This document shows positions 27,870-38,464 of a stretch of 64,000 bases of DNA, one piece after another. A program made the position numbers and the translations under genes. The notes beneath the pieces are model-generated. The model had not been told where the DNA came from and did not search any database. It saw only the letters and a program-made list of their open reading frames with translations. This stretch comes from Nitrosopumilus sp. (lineage in GTDB: Archaea; Thermoproteota; Nitrososphaeria; Nitrososphaerales; Nitrosopumilaceae). The stretch spans positions 800,001 to 864,000 of the forward strand of contig OY759726.1 in NCBI GenBank assembly GCA_963662625.1. Direction: 5' to 3'. Positions within the stretch are counted from its first letter, which is position 1, and every line of letters begins with the position of its first letter.

Positions 27870-29330
27870 TTGCCGTATAAAGTAAGCCACGGAAAGGCCG
27901 TCCAGAGCACGTATTCGCCAGACGAGGTCTTCTCCAAGATCAAGCACGAGGACATCCGGTTCATCGACCTGCAGTTCACCAGCCTGGCCGGGAGGTTCCA
28001 CCACACCACCATCTCGGCCGACACGTTCACGCCCGAGCAGATGAGGGACGGGCTGCCGAAGCTGGACGGCTCCTCGATCGTGGGCTTTACGAGCATCGAC
28101 GACTCGGATCTACTGCTAAAGCCGGATCCCAACACGTTTGCGACCATCCCCTGGCTGGTGGAGAACAAGACGGCCAGGCTGCTGTGCGACGTCTACTGGG
28201 GGGAGGACCGCGGGAGGCTGTCGAGGGACCCCCGCGGGATCTCGCAGAAGGCCGAGGAGTACGTGAAGGCCCAGGGGTACGACTACAGCGCCTGGGGCCC
28301 GGAGGTGGAGTTCTTCGTGTTTGACAAGATCCACTGGGACGTGCTGACCCCCTACAAGGGGCAGTCCTACTCCATCGAGTCAAAGGAGGCGCCCTGGAGC
28401 CAGGAGGGCTCGGGGTATCCCATGGGCCTGCAGGAGGGGTACTACCCGAGCACGCCGTCGGACACGCTTACGCCGTTCAGGAACGAGTGCGTGAACATAC
28501 TGAACAGGGACTTTGGGGTGCTCTGCGACAACCACCACCACGAGGTGGCCACGGCAGGCCAGTGCGAGATCGACGTAAAGTACGACTACATGACCAACGC
28601 CGCGGACGCGGCGCAGTCCTACAAGTACGTGATAAGGAACATCGCGGGAAAGCACGGCAAGGTGGCGACCATGATGCCAAAGCCGATCGCGATGGATTCG
28701 GGATCCGGGATGCACGTCAACGTCAGCCTGTGGAAGGGCAAGAAGAACGTCTTTTACGACCCGGAGGACGAGATAGAGCTGAGCCAGACCGCCAGGTACT
28801 TTTGCGGCGGGATCATAAGCCACGCAAAGGCGCTGTCTGCCATATGCAACCCCACCACGAACTCGTACCACAGGCTGGTCCCGGGCTACGAGGCGCCCGT
28901 GTACATCGCGTGGAGTTCCGGGAACAGGTCCGCCATCGTCCGCGTCCCGAAGCACCTGAAGGGGAAGAGGTACGCGCACCTCAAGAGGCTGGAGTTCAGG
29001 GCCCCCGACCCGTCGTCGAACCCGTACCTGGTATTCGCCGCGGTCACCGCGGCGGGGATGCACGGGATCAGGAAGAAGACGGATCCCGGCGACGAGATCC
29101 GCGACGACATCTTCAAGATGACGAAGGCGGACAGGATGAAGAGGGGGATCGGCGTGCTGCCAAAGGACCTCGGCGAGGCGCTGGACGAGCTGGAGAGCGA
29201 CAGGAAGTTCCTCAACCCGATCTACACGAACGACGTGATCGACAAGATAATCGAGCTGGAGAGGAGGGACCAGAGGGAGATAGCCATCAGGCCCCACCCC
29301 CACGAGTTTTACCTGTACTTTGACGTCTAG
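27870..29330 (+). CDS. glnA: Glutamine synthetase type I (copy 1)
   Basis: DGSSI.GF, GPEVEFF, HHHEVATAGQCEI, RLVPGYEAP, RLEFRAPDP. Confidence 0.96.
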   Translation: MPYKVSHGKAVQSTYSPDEVFSKIKHEDIRFIDLQFTSLAGRFHHTTISADTFTPEQMRDGLPKLDGSSIVGFTSIDDSDLLLKPDPNTFATIPWLVENKTARLLCDVYWGEDRGRLSRDPRGISQKAEEYVKAQGYDYSAWGPEVEFFVFDKIHWDVLTPYKGQSYSIESKEAPWSQEGSGYPMGLQEGYYPSTPSDTLTPFRNECVNILNRDFGVLCDNHHHEVATAGQCEIDVKYDYMTNAADAAQSYKYVIRNIAGKHGKVATMMPKPIAMDSGSGMHVNVSLWKGKKNVFYDPEDEIELSQTARYFCGGIISHAKALSAICNPTTNSYHRLVPGYEAPVYIAWSSGNRSAIVRVPKHLKGKRYAHLKRLEFRAPDPSSNPYLVFAAVTAAGMHGIRKKTDPGDEIRDDIFKMTKADRMKRGIGVLPKDLGEALDELESDRKFLNPIYTNDVIDKIIELERRDQREIAIRPHPHEFYLYFDV

Positions 29331-29671
29331 ACCCGGCCCGTGAGCTCGTAGACGTACGCCAGGGACACCCCGATCACGACGAACCCGCCCGCGAGGAACG
29401 CCACGCGCCTGTTGCCGGGGGGGCCCGTCCTGTAGGCAATCAGGTCGCCCCCCGCGCTCACGAACCTGCCAGGCCTCCTTTCGACGGTGGCCGCCCTGTG
29501 CAGCAACACCCCGCCGGCCAGGCCGCCAAACAGGACGGCGACCCCGATCAGCACCGCGACGAGGCTCGATCCCGCGATGAACGGGTGGAATACCCCGGAG
29601 AGAAGCGCGAGGAAGGCCGCCAGGTAGGCGTACCTGGATCCCAGGCGCGCCAGCGACTTAGCTGCTGCCAT
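29327..29671 (-). CDS. Small membrane protein
   Basis: ATG at 29671; three TM-like segments. Confidence 0.65.
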   Translation of the reverse strand: MAAAKSLARLGSRYAYLAAFLALLSGVFHPFIAGSSLVAVLIGVAVLFGGLAGGVLLHRAATVERRPGRFVSAGGDLIAYRTGPPGNRRVAFLAGGFVVIGVSLAYVYELTGRV

Positions 29672-29721
29672 TGAAGACGGTGGTCGGGTGGGAAGATAAA
29701 CTTTTGACCGTGCCCGGGGGC

Positions 29722-31431
29722 CTACATCATGCCGCCCATGTCGGGCATGCCGCCGCCCATTCCGGGCATTCCGCCCATGCCTCCCATGCCGCCGCCCATT
29801 CCGGGCATTCCGCCCTCCGCGCCCGGGGGAGGGCCGGCCGACTTTTGCGTGGCTATGACATCGTCGATTCTCAGGATCATGCACGCGGCCTCGGAGGAGG
29901 CGGATACTATCTGCAGCTTTACCGCCAGCGGCTCGATGATGTCGCTTGAGTTCATGCTTGCGATCTTGCCCTTCATGACGTCGATCCCCGTCCACTTTTC
30001 GCCCTTCAGCTGCTTGGCCCGGAGGGTCGTCAGGGTGTCGATCGGATCCATGCCGGCGTTTTCGGCCAGCGTGAGCGGTATTGCCTCAAGCGCGTCCGCG
30101 AATTTTTCGGCGGCCAGTTGTTCCCTGCCCTCGAGGGTCTTGGCCCAGCCCCGCAGCTTCGTGGCGGCAAAGGTCTCTGGCGCCCCGCCGCCCGCCACGA
30201 TCGAAGGGCTCTTGATGACGTCCCTGACCACCATCAGGGCGTCGTGCACGGAGCGCTCGACCTCGTCGACCACGCGCTGCGAGCCGCCGCGCATGAGCAG
30301 GGTCACGGATCTGGGGTGCTTGCAGCCTTCCACGAAGACCCACTTGTCCTCCTCGATCTTCCTTTCCTCGACAAGCTCCGCGCTGCCCAGATCCTTTTCG
30401 AACAGGTCGTCAAGGTTGGTGACTATCCTGGCGCCGGTGGCCTTTGCAAGCTTGGTGAGGTCGCTCTCCTTTATCCTCCTCACGGCGACTATCCCGGCCC
30501 TGGCCAGGTAGTGCTGGGCCATGTCGTCGATCCCCTTCTGGCACATGACCACGTTTGCCCCGGATCCTATCACCTTGTCGACCATGGTCTTGAGCATCCT
30601 GTTTTCCTCGTCAAGAAATGATTTTAGCTGCTGCGGGTTTGAGATGTTTATCTTCGCGTCCGTCTCGGTTTTGTTTATCTCAAGCGCCGTGTTGATCAGC
30701 GCGATGCGGGCGGACGGTATCTTCCTGGGCATGCCGCCGTGGACTATCTCCTTGTCCAAGACGATCCCCTTTATTATCGCCGAGTCCTTGATGGAGCCCC
30801 CCGCCTTCTTTTCCACCTTGATGTCGTCTATGTCCACCGTGAGGTTGTCGCCGTCCGCCTCCACCACCGAGAGGACCGAATCCACGATGATCTTTGCGAG
30901 CTGGTCGGAGTCTTTTCGGACCAGCTTGGTCTGCATCGAGGTCTTGGCGATCTTGGTCAGGACTGCCTTGTCCTTTGCCGGGACCGCGTCGGCGATGCTT
31001 TCAAGGTACTCCTTGGCCTTCTTTGCGGCCTTCCTGTAGCCGTCTACGATGATGGTGGGATGCACGTCCTGTTCCAGGAGCGACTCGGCGCTCTCCAAAA
31101 GCGCGCCGGCGAGAACCACTGCCGACGTCGTCCCGTCGCCCACCTCGTTGTCGGTGGTTTTTGCAATCTCGACGAGCATCTTGGCCGCCGGGTGCTGGAC
31201 GTCGATCTCCTTGAGGATGGTCGCGCCGTCGTTCGTGATGGTGACGTCCCCCAGCGAGTCTACTAGCATCTTGTCCATGCCCCTCGGGCCCAGGCTGGTA
31301 TGCACTATCTCGGCGATGATTTTTGATGCCGCGACGTTGTTCTTCTGGGCTTCCCTGCCCTTGGTCTCGGAGCTGCCCTCTTTGAGCAAGACCACGGGCA
31401 TGTTGCCTTTCGAGGTCGCTTGTATGGCCAT
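29722..31431 (-). CDS. ths: Thermosome subunit (group II chaperonin)
   Basis: [23 protein letters not shown]; GGM-rich tail. Confidence 0.97.
   Translation of the reverse strand: MAIQATSKGNMPVVLLKEGSSETKGREAQKNNVAASKIIAEIVHTSLGPRGMDKMLVDSLGDVTITNDGATILKEIDVQHPAAKMLVEIAKTTDNEVGDGTTSAVVLAGALLESAESLLEQDVHPTIIVDGYRKAAKKAKEYLESIADAVPAKDKAVLTKIAKTSMQTKLVRKDSDQLAKIIVDSVLSVVEADGDNLTVDIDDIKVEKKAGGSIKDSAIIKGIVLDKEIVHGGMPRKIPSARIALINTALEINKTETDAKINISNPQQLKSFLDEENRMLKTMVDKVIGSGANVVMCQKGIDDMAQHYLARAGIVAVRRIKESDLTKLAKATGARIVTNLDDLFEKDLGSAELVEERKIEEDKWVFVEGCKHPRSVTLLMRGGSQRVVDEVERSVHDALMVVRDVIKSPSIVAGGGAPETFAATKLRGWAKTLEGREQLAAEKFADALEAIPLTLAENAGMDPIDTLTTLRAKQLKGEKWTGIDVMKGKIASMNSSDIIEPLAVKLQIVSASSEAACMILRIDDVIATQKSAGPPPGAEGGMPGMGGGMGGMGGMPGMGGGMPDMGGMM
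29747..29815. repeat. Direct repeat encoding the thermosome Gly-Gly-Met tail
   Basis: catgccgccgcccattccgggcattccgccc twice. Confidence 0.8.
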
Positions 31432-31621
31432 GGTTTAGCAAGTTCCAGACTCCCTTTTTATACTTTACAGATCGCGGGCGGCCCGTAGAACCACGTTGCG
31501 GGGCGCAGGCACGCCTGCCGCCCGGCGCCCTTGCGGGGGGCCGGGCCCGGCGGGCGGCGCGGCCCCGCGCGGCGTTTTAGGTGGCCAGAGTTTTTAAGTT
31601 AGGAGGGCCGCAGTGGTCAGC

Positions 31622-32941
31622 ATGGCAAAGGCAAACAGGGAGGCCTACAAGAAGATCTTCTCGAAGCTCAGGGAGCACAACAGGTGGTTTGAGGGCTCGA
31701 TCCCGCTGATTGCGAGCGAGAACGTGCCCAGCCCCGCGGTCAGGGAGGCGATCATCTCCGATTTCGGGAACAGGTACGCCGAGGGGTGGCCGGGGGAGAG
31801 GGTCTATGCGGGGTGCACGTACATCGACGACGTCGAGGTGGAGTGCATGAAGCTCGCAAGGAGGCTGTTCCGGGCCAAGTTTGCCGACGTGAGGCCCGTG
31901 TCCGGAGTCGTGGCAAACCTTGTAGTCTATTCGGCCTTTACGGATCCGGGGGACGTGATGCTTGCCCCCTCGATTCCGGCCGGGGGCCACATATCCCACG
32001 GGAAGAAGGAGCACTCGGGCACCGCCGGGCTGGTCCACGGCCTGGAGATCGAGTTCTTCCCGTTCGACGCCGAGGAGATGACGATTGACGTGGACCGGGC
32101 GATGAAGAAGGTCAGGGACCTCAAAAAGGCCGGGCGGCTGCCCAAGATGGCCATGTTCGGCGGCTCGCTCTTCCTGTTTCCCCACCCGGTAAGGGAGCTG
32201 GCCGGGTTCCTCAAGGGTCACGGCGTGCACGTGAACTATGACGCCGCCCACGTGGCGGGCCTCATCGCGGGGGGCAAGTTCCAAGACCCGCTGAGGGAGG
32301 GCGCCGACACGATGACCATGAGCACCCACAAGACCCTGTTCGGGCCGCAGGGCGGGCTGGTCCTTGGATCCGAGGCGCACGCCGAGCCCATCAAAAAGGC
32401 GACGTTCCCCGGGATGACAAGCAGCCACCACATCCACCACATGGCCGCAAAGGCGGTGGCGTTTGCAGAGGCGCTGGAGTTCGGGAGGGACTACGCGGCC
32501 CAGGTCATAAAGAACGCCCGGTTCCTGGCAGAGGCCCTCAGCGACGCGGGGTTCCGGGTCCTGGGAGAGCGCAGGAAGTTTACGGAGTCGCACCAGATCG
32601 CGGTGAACGTGCTGGAGTATTCCGACGGCGGGAAGGTGGAGGCCGACCTGGAGAGGGCCAACATAATAGTAAACAGGCAGCTGATCCCCGGGGACATCAA
32701 GGCGGGGCGCAACTACTTCCACCCGGGCGGAATCAGGCTGGGGGTGTCGGAGATCACCAGGCTGGGGATGAAGAAGGCCGAGATGGAGGAGATTGCCGGG
32801 TACATCAAGCGGGTCGTGGTCGACGGGAAGGACCCCAAGGGGGTGCGCTCAAGGGTGAGGTCGTTCAGGAAGGGCTTCCAGAAGGTCCGCTACTGCTTTG
32901 ACAACAGGCTTGGCGGGTACGAGTACGTAAAGCTGCGGTAG
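31622..32941 (+). CDS. glyA: Serine hydroxymethyltransferase
   Basis: LIASEN, RYAEG, GGHISHG, STHKTLFGPQGG. Confidence 0.96.
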   Translation: MAKANREAYKKIFSKLREHNRWFEGSIPLIASENVPSPAVREAIISDFGNRYAEGWPGERVYAGCTYIDDVEVECMKLARRLFRAKFADVRPVSGVVANLVVYSAFTDPGDVMLAPSIPAGGHISHGKKEHSGTAGLVHGLEIEFFPFDAEEMTIDVDRAMKKVRDLKKAGRLPKMAMFGGSLFLFPHPVRELAGFLKGHGVHVNYDAAHVAGLIAGGKFQDPLREGADTMTMSTHKTLFGPQGGLVLGSEAHAEPIKKATFPGMTSSHHIHHMAAKAVAFAEALEFGRDYAAQVIKNARFLAEALSDAGFRVLGERRKFTESHQIAVNVLEYSDGGKVEADLERANIIVNRQLIPGDIKAGRNYFHPGGIRLGVSEITRLGMKKAEMEEIAGYIKRVVVDGKDPKGVRSRVRSFRKGFQKVRYCFDNRLGGYEYVKLR

Positions 32942-32943
32942 GC

Positions 32944-35900
32944 CTAGGCAAAGTCGGTGAGGAGCGACTGGTCTCCCGCGTTCTTGCCAAATACCAGGTC
33001 GATCTCGTCGGACAGGGCGCGGATCCTGTTCTTCTGGTACGGGCCGACCGGGTATTTTTCCACCAGCCTCTTTGCAAGCTTGAGGTACTTCTCCACGGAG
33101 CCCCTGGTGATCGTCTGGATCAGGCCGTGCCCGCACATGCAGGCCTTGGTCAGCGGCGGCCGCCGGTACGACTTCCCGCAGGCCGTGCACCTGAACGCCT
33201 GCCTGGCGTACGAGCGGAGGTTTCCCACGATGTCCGGGACCAGGTGCGTGGAGATCACGTTTGAGACGATCTCGGGCGTGTCCACCGCGCTGATCAGGTC
33301 CGCGTTCCTGATCTGCATGTCGAGCTTGTCGAGCATCGAGCCCAGGGTCGAGTACGCGCTGCGCGGCTTCGAGGTGGACAGGGTGGTGGTGTCGCAGGTA
33401 AAGTGGTAGCCAAAGAACTGCCCCTCGGTATCCAGCCTGGACTTTATTATCTCGACTGACGTGACGTCGGACGCCTTCTTCTCCTGGAGCGTCGCTTTGA
33501 AAAAGTCCATGGGCAGCGCCTTTGTCACCTCCAGGTTGTGCGCCTGCGGCTGGGATTCGTGCGGGAGCACGAGGGGCTGGATCAGCAGCGGGGCGTCCAT
33601 GAGCCCGCCGATCCTGTCGGAAAGGAACTGCCTTGAGAAGTTGAGCAGGGCGTCCATGAGCAGCATGATCGAGTCGGCGTCGCCGTCTGCGTCGCGCCGC
33701 TTGGCGGAGTGCCAGTTGGGGGTCCCGAAGCACACGTGGGTCTTGGTGTGGCCCACCACCCTGCCCACGATCCCCACGGACGTGTGGGGGGCGAGCCCGA
33801 TGACGAGGTGCCCCACCAGATCGTCCACGCCTTCCACGTTGTAAAAGGCCCGGCGCCCGTAGAACTTCTCCAGCAGCATGTCGATGTACTTGCAGGCCGA
33901 CACGAGGTGCGCCGCGGCGTCGTGCGGGATCACCACGTCCTGCATCTTGAGTTCGACCGTCTGGTCGGGATCCGCCAGCGGCCTTCCGTCCACGTCCGTC
34001 TCGTACCCGAGCCCCTTCAGGACGCCGACCGGGGTGCCTATCCAGGAGGGCCGGAAGTGCGTCAGCGGGCCGTTTGTGGCGTCAAACCTCACCGTGCCGT
34101 CCTTGAACATGGTCAGGCCGTGGTGCTGCCTGGCCAGGCCCTTTTCGAGCGGTTCGGGGATCCTGTCCTGGCTTATCAGGCTCTTCACGCCCTTGAACGG
34201 TTCCCGGGCGCGGAGCCCCATCTTTTCCTGGGCCTCCATGAGCCGGGACTTGAGCGGGAACGCCTTGTGGGAGTGGGCGTGGGCCTGCCTCTTGCACCTC
34301 TGGCAGAAGTCAGAGTCCAGGTCTTCCCTGCACGACTGGCACCGGTAGGACGTCGCCGTCTTCTCCCCGCACCGCCGGCACCTTATCCCGATGGACGGTT
34401 CCCGGCACCTCGCGCAGGCCCGGTTGGAGATGTCGGTGTAAAAGTTCTCCTGCCTTGAGGCCTTCAGGAGGTCCCGCGTGGCCCCCCCCTTGTCGCCTAT
34501 GGGGAACAGCACGTGGATCGGGGGCTTCATCTGCCTCGGGGCCGCCTTTTCCGGCCTGCCTATGCGCACGCCGATCGACGTGGAGAACTTGTTCCTGACT
34601 GGGATCCCGGACGATTCCGAGAGGATGCGCGGCACGGGCATGTCCGTGACGCGCGGCCCGTGCCTGAACAGCAGGTTGTGGAAGATCTTCGCCTCCTCGT
34701 TTCGCAGCACCGGGTCGCCTTCCACGACCGCGTGCTGGGCGCCGAGGGCCTCGAGCGCGGGCTTCGCCTGCGGGGGGTAGCGGATGCGGCCCTCCGTCGC
34801 CTCTAGCGGCTCCAGGAGCCGCCGCAGGTCTTCCGGGGAGATGTGGTCCCAGAAGTGCAGGTACCTCGGGTGCAGCGGGACGTGGTGGTCGCGGGACAGC
34901 CAGAGGGCCTCGTCGAGCGTGGGCGCCCTGGCGAGGAACCGGCTCAGGCCTGCGTCCGGCCCCGTTTTTGCGATCTTCTCCCTCAGGTCCTCGGCCCAGA
35001 ACTCCTCGACGTACCCGGAGGGGGCCAGCTGCGCGTTGTTTTCCAAAAAGTCCCCAAACGAGATCAGTATGTCGCCCAGGTGCAGGATCTTCTCGATCCG
35101 GTCCTTTATGGAGATTCCGTGCCGCGCGTCCCGGATCCTGACCACCTCGCCCCCCGCCAGGCGGACCGTGGGGGCCTCCAGGGAGTCCACGAATGCCACG
35201 GTGGCCCCCTTGCCGGGCGTGTTGATCTTGATCTGCGTGCCCACGGCCACCGTGTGGTCGAGGATCTCGGCCACCGCCGGGTGGATCCCGACCGAGGCAA
35301 ACCCGGTGTTGCACGCCCTGCCGTAGCGCAGCCTGAACCCGCCCTTCCTGTTTGGCATGGACAGCACGGACCTACCGAGGATCACCTCGTGCATCCTTTT
35401 TGCCGCGGCGTCCTCCTGGTCGCCGTCGCCCAGCTGGACTGCCCCCTTCAGGCCGTCCAGCCACTCCCAGCCGTCCAGCTTGTACATCTCTATCCTCTTG
35501 AGCAGCTTCTTGGACCGCCCGATCAGCCCGTCGTTGAGCACCCGCAACGCGCCCCCCCTTACGCGGTCCGTGCTGATCCTGGCCATGCCCTTGTGGTTGA
35601 CCACCTCGTAGGGATCCGTGTCCACGCCGTCAAGCTCCACGGGGAGGTTTGAGATCACGTGCTCTATGTCCTCGTCCAGTATGTGGAACTGGAAGTTGCC
35701 TGCCTCCCTCTCGTAGATGCGGAGCTCCTCCACGAACCTGCCCGTCTCGTCGTCAAAGGAGTTGGCCTGGAACCTTGCCAGGCCGGCGGCCTTTCTCACG
35801 TGGTTCGCGATGAGCATGGTTATGGCCGACTCCGTCCCGCCCGCGGACCGCATCGGGCCGGCGATGGAGACGGAGAGGTACTCGCTGCCGTCCTTGTTCT

Positions 35901-36321
35901 TCTTGATCCTGACCTCGCTGATGCCCTGCAGCGGGGCGATCGTGACCCCCTCGGTCACGACGGCCAGCCCCACCCTTACGGCAAGGCCGAGCCTCTCCTC
36001 CAGGGTGGCGTCGGGCGCGGAGTGCTTTCCCAGCGCTATCTCCTTAGAAAGGATGAGGGCGGAGAACTCCTTGCCGTGGTCCTTCAGCAGCTCGCGGAGG
36101 GGGCCGGCGATGTCGATGTCGTGCATCTTTGCGACCCGATCGGCCAGGTCATAGGTGATCTTTGGCTCGATTACGCCCGACGAGTCGGCCAGGCAGGACT
36201 TGGCGGCCGCGGCGTTTTCATAGGCGTCGTACGTGCGGACGGACAGCTCGCGGTAGTACCTGCGGTAGGAGTCCGGCATCGCTATGTTGTTGATTCTGGC
36301 AACCGCGGCGTTTTCGGGCAA
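32944..36321 (-). CDS. polC: DNA polymerase D large subunit DP2
   Basis: AGPMRSAGGT, FRLRYGR, KRRDADGDAD catalytic motif, Zn fingers; no intein seen. Confidence 0.97.
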   Translation of the reverse strand: MPENAAVARINNIAMPDSYRRYYRELSVRTYDAYENAAAAKSCLADSSGVIEPKITYDLADRVAKMHDIDIAGPLRELLKDHGKEFSALILSKEIALGKHSAPDATLEERLGLAVRVGLAVVTEGVTIAPLQGISEVRIKKNKDGSEYLSVSIAGPMRSAGGTESAITMLIANHVRKAAGLARFQANSFDDETGRFVEELRIYEREAGNFQFHILDEDIEHVISNLPVELDGVDTDPYEVVNHKGMARISTDRVRGGALRVLNDGLIGRSKKLLKRIEMYKLDGWEWLDGLKGAVQLGDGDQEDAAAKRMHEVILGRSVLSMPNRKGGFRLRYGRACNTGFASVGIHPAVAEILDHTVAVGTQIKINTPGKGATVAFVDSLEAPTVRLAGGEVVRIRDARHGISIKDRIEKILHLGDILISFGDFLENNAQLAPSGYVEEFWAEDLREKIAKTGPDAGLSRFLARAPTLDEALWLSRDHHVPLHPRYLHFWDHISPEDLRRLLEPLEATEGRIRYPPQAKPALEALGAQHAVVEGDPVLRNEEAKIFHNLLFRHGPRVTDMPVPRILSESSGIPVRNKFSTSIGVRIGRPEKAAPRQMKPPIHVLFPIGDKGGATRDLLKASRQENFYTDISNRACARCREPSIGIRCRRCGEKTATSYRCQSCREDLDSDFCQRCKRQAHAHSHKAFPLKSRLMEAQEKMGLRAREPFKGVKSLISQDRIPEPLEKGLARQHHGLTMFKDGTVRFDATNGPLTHFRPSWIGTPVGVLKGLGYETDVDGRPLADPDQTVELKMQDVVIPHDAAAHLVSACKYIDMLLEKFYGRRAFYNVEGVDDLVGHLVIGLAPHTSVGIVGRVVGHTKTHVCFGTPNWHSAKRRDADGDADSIMLLMDALLNFSRQFLSDRIGGLMDAPLLIQPLVLPHESQPQAHNLEVTKALPMDFFKATLQEKKASDVTSVEIIKSRLDTEGQFFGYHFTCDTTTLSTSKPRSAYSTLGSMLDKLDMQIRNADLISAVDTPEIVSNVISTHLVPDIVGNLRSYARQAFRCTACGKSYRRPPLTKACMCGHGLIQTITRGSVEKYLKLAKRLVEKYPVGPYQKNRIRALSDEIDLVFGKNAGDQSLLTDFA

Positions 36322-36333
36322 GGCCGGCGACCA

Positions 36334-37083
36334 CTACGCCCTCTGGACGGCCTTTGCCATCTCCGCAAGCTTCTTGGCGCTCCCGCCCCTCTCAAGAAGG
36401 GTCCCTATGACCAGGGCGTCGGCCCCCGCCGCCGCGAGCCCTTTCGCGGTCTTGGCATCCCTTATTCCTCCCCCTACCACCAAAAACCCGTCAAAGGCAC
36501 TGCGTACCGTCTTGACCATCTCCGGGGTTACCGGGGATCTTGCCCCGGAGCCTGCCTCAAGGTAGACGAACCTCATGCCGAGGAACCGCGCCGCCAGCGC
36601 GTAGGCCGCCGCGATCTTCGGCTTTTCAAGCGGGATGCCCCGCGCGGAGCCCACGAACCACGCGGAGGTGCCCTCCCCTATGACCAGGTATGCGGTGGGG
36701 AGGGGCTCCAGCCCGAACTTCAGGACGCTGGGCGCGCCCAGCGCCTGGGCCTGGGTTATAAAGTAGGGGTTTTCGGAGTTCATCATCGAGCTGAACAGGA
36801 TCGCGTCCGCGTCGGGAACCACGCCGGTGACGTTTCCCGGGAACAGGATTATCGGTATGTCCACCCCCTTCTTGATCTCCCTTACCGCCTCGGCCATCTC
36901 AATCTGGTTGGTCGCCGACGAGCCCCCCACGAGTATCGCCGACGCGCCGGCCTTCTCTGCCTCCCTTGCGAGCTTCTGCGAGGACTCTGTGTTGGAGACC
37001 TCGGAGTCGATCAGGACGAACAGAAGCGCCTTCTTGGCCTTCAGTTCGGACTTTAAGAACGACTCCACGCGGCCTTTGGACAT
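36334..37083 (-). CDS. Geranylgeranylglyceryl phosphate synthase
   Basis: LIDSE, LVGGS, ILFPG, YLEAGSGA, VGGGIR. Confidence 0.92.
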   Translation of the reverse strand: MSKGRVESFLKSELKAKKALLFVLIDSEVSNTESSQKLAREAEKAGASAILVGGSSATNQIEMAEAVREIKKGVDIPIILFPGNVTGVVPDADAILFSSMMNSENPYFITQAQALGAPSVLKFGLEPLPTAYLVIGEGTSAWFVGSARGIPLEKPKIAAAYALAARFLGMRFVYLEAGSGARSPVTPEMVKTVRSAFDGFLVVGGGIRDAKTAKGLAAAGADALVIGTLLERGGSAKKLAEMAKAVQRA

Positions 37084-37147
37084 ACCGGTGGTATGCGCCT
37101 GCGTCTTTAAAGTTTAATTGAGGCTGGGTATACGGATTTGTATAGCT

Positions 37148-37510
37148 TTGGCCGGGTCTGGAGGATCTAATTTTAACAACATCATGCAACAAATTATCGA
37201 AAAATCGCTGTTTACTGAACGGCAGATTGAAATTATTTTAAAACAGAAGGATCTCCTTGACGTGGAGTTTTCAATGACAAAGGGCGCGTACTACAGGCAG
37301 GTGGGCCAGTCCAGGGAGAAGTTGGTCTCGTTTTTCTACTCAATCGTGCTGCTGCGCGCCCTAGGCATACTGTTGCCCGATGATGCAGACGTGATGTCAA
37401 AGCTTTCTGCCCAGGTAAGCGTGATAAACGACGGTGATGTTTTTCCCGAAAGGGAAGCCGACGTGATGGGCGTGATTGACAGGGTGGTCCGCCAGGCGTG
37501 CTGGCCGTGA
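37148..37510 (+). CDS. Hypothetical protein, Tfx-like putative DNA-binding
   Basis: SLFTERQIEI...TKGAYYRQVGQSREK; start could also be ATG 37184. Confidence 0.7.
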   Translation: MAGSGGSNFNNIMQQIIEKSLFTERQIEIILKQKDLLDVEFSMTKGAYYRQVGQSREKLVSFFYSIVLLRALGILLPDDADVMSKLSAQVSVINDGDVFPEREADVMGVIDRVVRQACWP

Positions 37511-37633
37511 CGTAGTGCGTTATGCCCCGCCACCCGTTGCGCGGCAACCGTGACGGGCGGTGTGTGATTATTAGTCTAAAATGTGAAATAATGTTATGCG
37601 ACCACAATAAATCACGAGCCGTGCGTAAATATT

Positions 37634-38248
37634 GTGATGTTGGTGGAAATCCCGGATCCCGGCGTGATTTTGGGCATGGTGGCGGCCTTCCTTGCGGGTG
37701 TGGGGGGCTTGTTCCTCTACCACAGGATACGCCCGCTCGTGGGCGCTGGAAGGGAGGCGGGATCGGGCCATTCAGAGAGGCTGGAGTATTATGAAAGGCA
37801 GTTGATCGACATGAAGATCAGGCTGGATGCCATGGAACTGCAGGGGATCGGGCAGGAAGGGGGGGATCCCGGCCCGGAACTGGAACGGTTCGTGGAGAAA
37901 CCGGCGGAGGGTGCGGCCGAAGGGAAGCCCGCGGCGCCGGAGAGTCCCGCCCCGGCGGCGCCCCAGGCGCCAAAACCCGCGCCCGCGCCCGGTTCTGACG
38001 CCAACAGCATCGTCGAGCGCGTGTTGCATCTGGTCACGCACAAGGCCATGACGTCACGTGACATACAGGCCACGTTAAGGCGCAGCAGGGAGCACACGTC
38101 ACGCCTCATGAAGAAGCTGTTTGATGACGGGTATGTTGACAGGACCCGGACCAAGCCGTACGCGTACTCCCTTACCCAGAAGGGAAGGGAGAAGATCTCC
38201 GTGGCCGGGCCAAAAAACGCCGCCGTCGCGTCCCCCCCCGTCACGTAG
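37634..38248 (+). CDS. Membrane-anchored winged-helix protein
   Basis: N-terminal TM helix, coiled coil, Pro/Ala linker, C-terminal TSRDIQ...REHTSRLMKKLFDDGYVDR...YSLT.KG wHTH. Confidence 0.8.
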   Translation: MMLVEIPDPGVILGMVAAFLAGVGGLFLYHRIRPLVGAGREAGSGHSERLEYYERQLIDMKIRLDAMELQGIGQEGGDPGPELERFVEKPAEGAAEGKPAAPESPAPAAPQAPKPAPAPGSDANSIVERVLHLVTHKAMTSRDIQATLRRSREHTSRLMKKLFDDGYVDRTRTKPYAYSLTQKGREKISVAGPKNAAVASPPVT

Positions 38249-38464
38249 GGCTTGCCATCGGGGCCCTCCAGAAGCGCGGGCCGGTTCGCCGGGCCCGAAA
38301 TGCCGGGGCCCGCATGAAATCCGGGCGTCGGGGAGGGCGCCCGCACTGTGGCCCGGGCGCCCCAAGACGCGCCATGTGGGGCCGCGGTTTTGGAAGATCG
38401 TTGTTTTTTGTATTAAATCATAATCAATAGATAATAATAAATTCTATGTATTATTAATAATAAT

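Noticed and set aside
29722-29830. GGM repeat as a novel repeat element
   Set aside because: Ordinary chaperonin C-terminal tail
31470-31580. GC-rich spacers as a MITE family
   Set aside because: No shared sequence recognised among the spacers at 12.9, 15.8, 31.5, 38.3 and 63.8 kb
32944-36321. Intein in DP2
   Set aside because: Normal length and contiguous catalytic region
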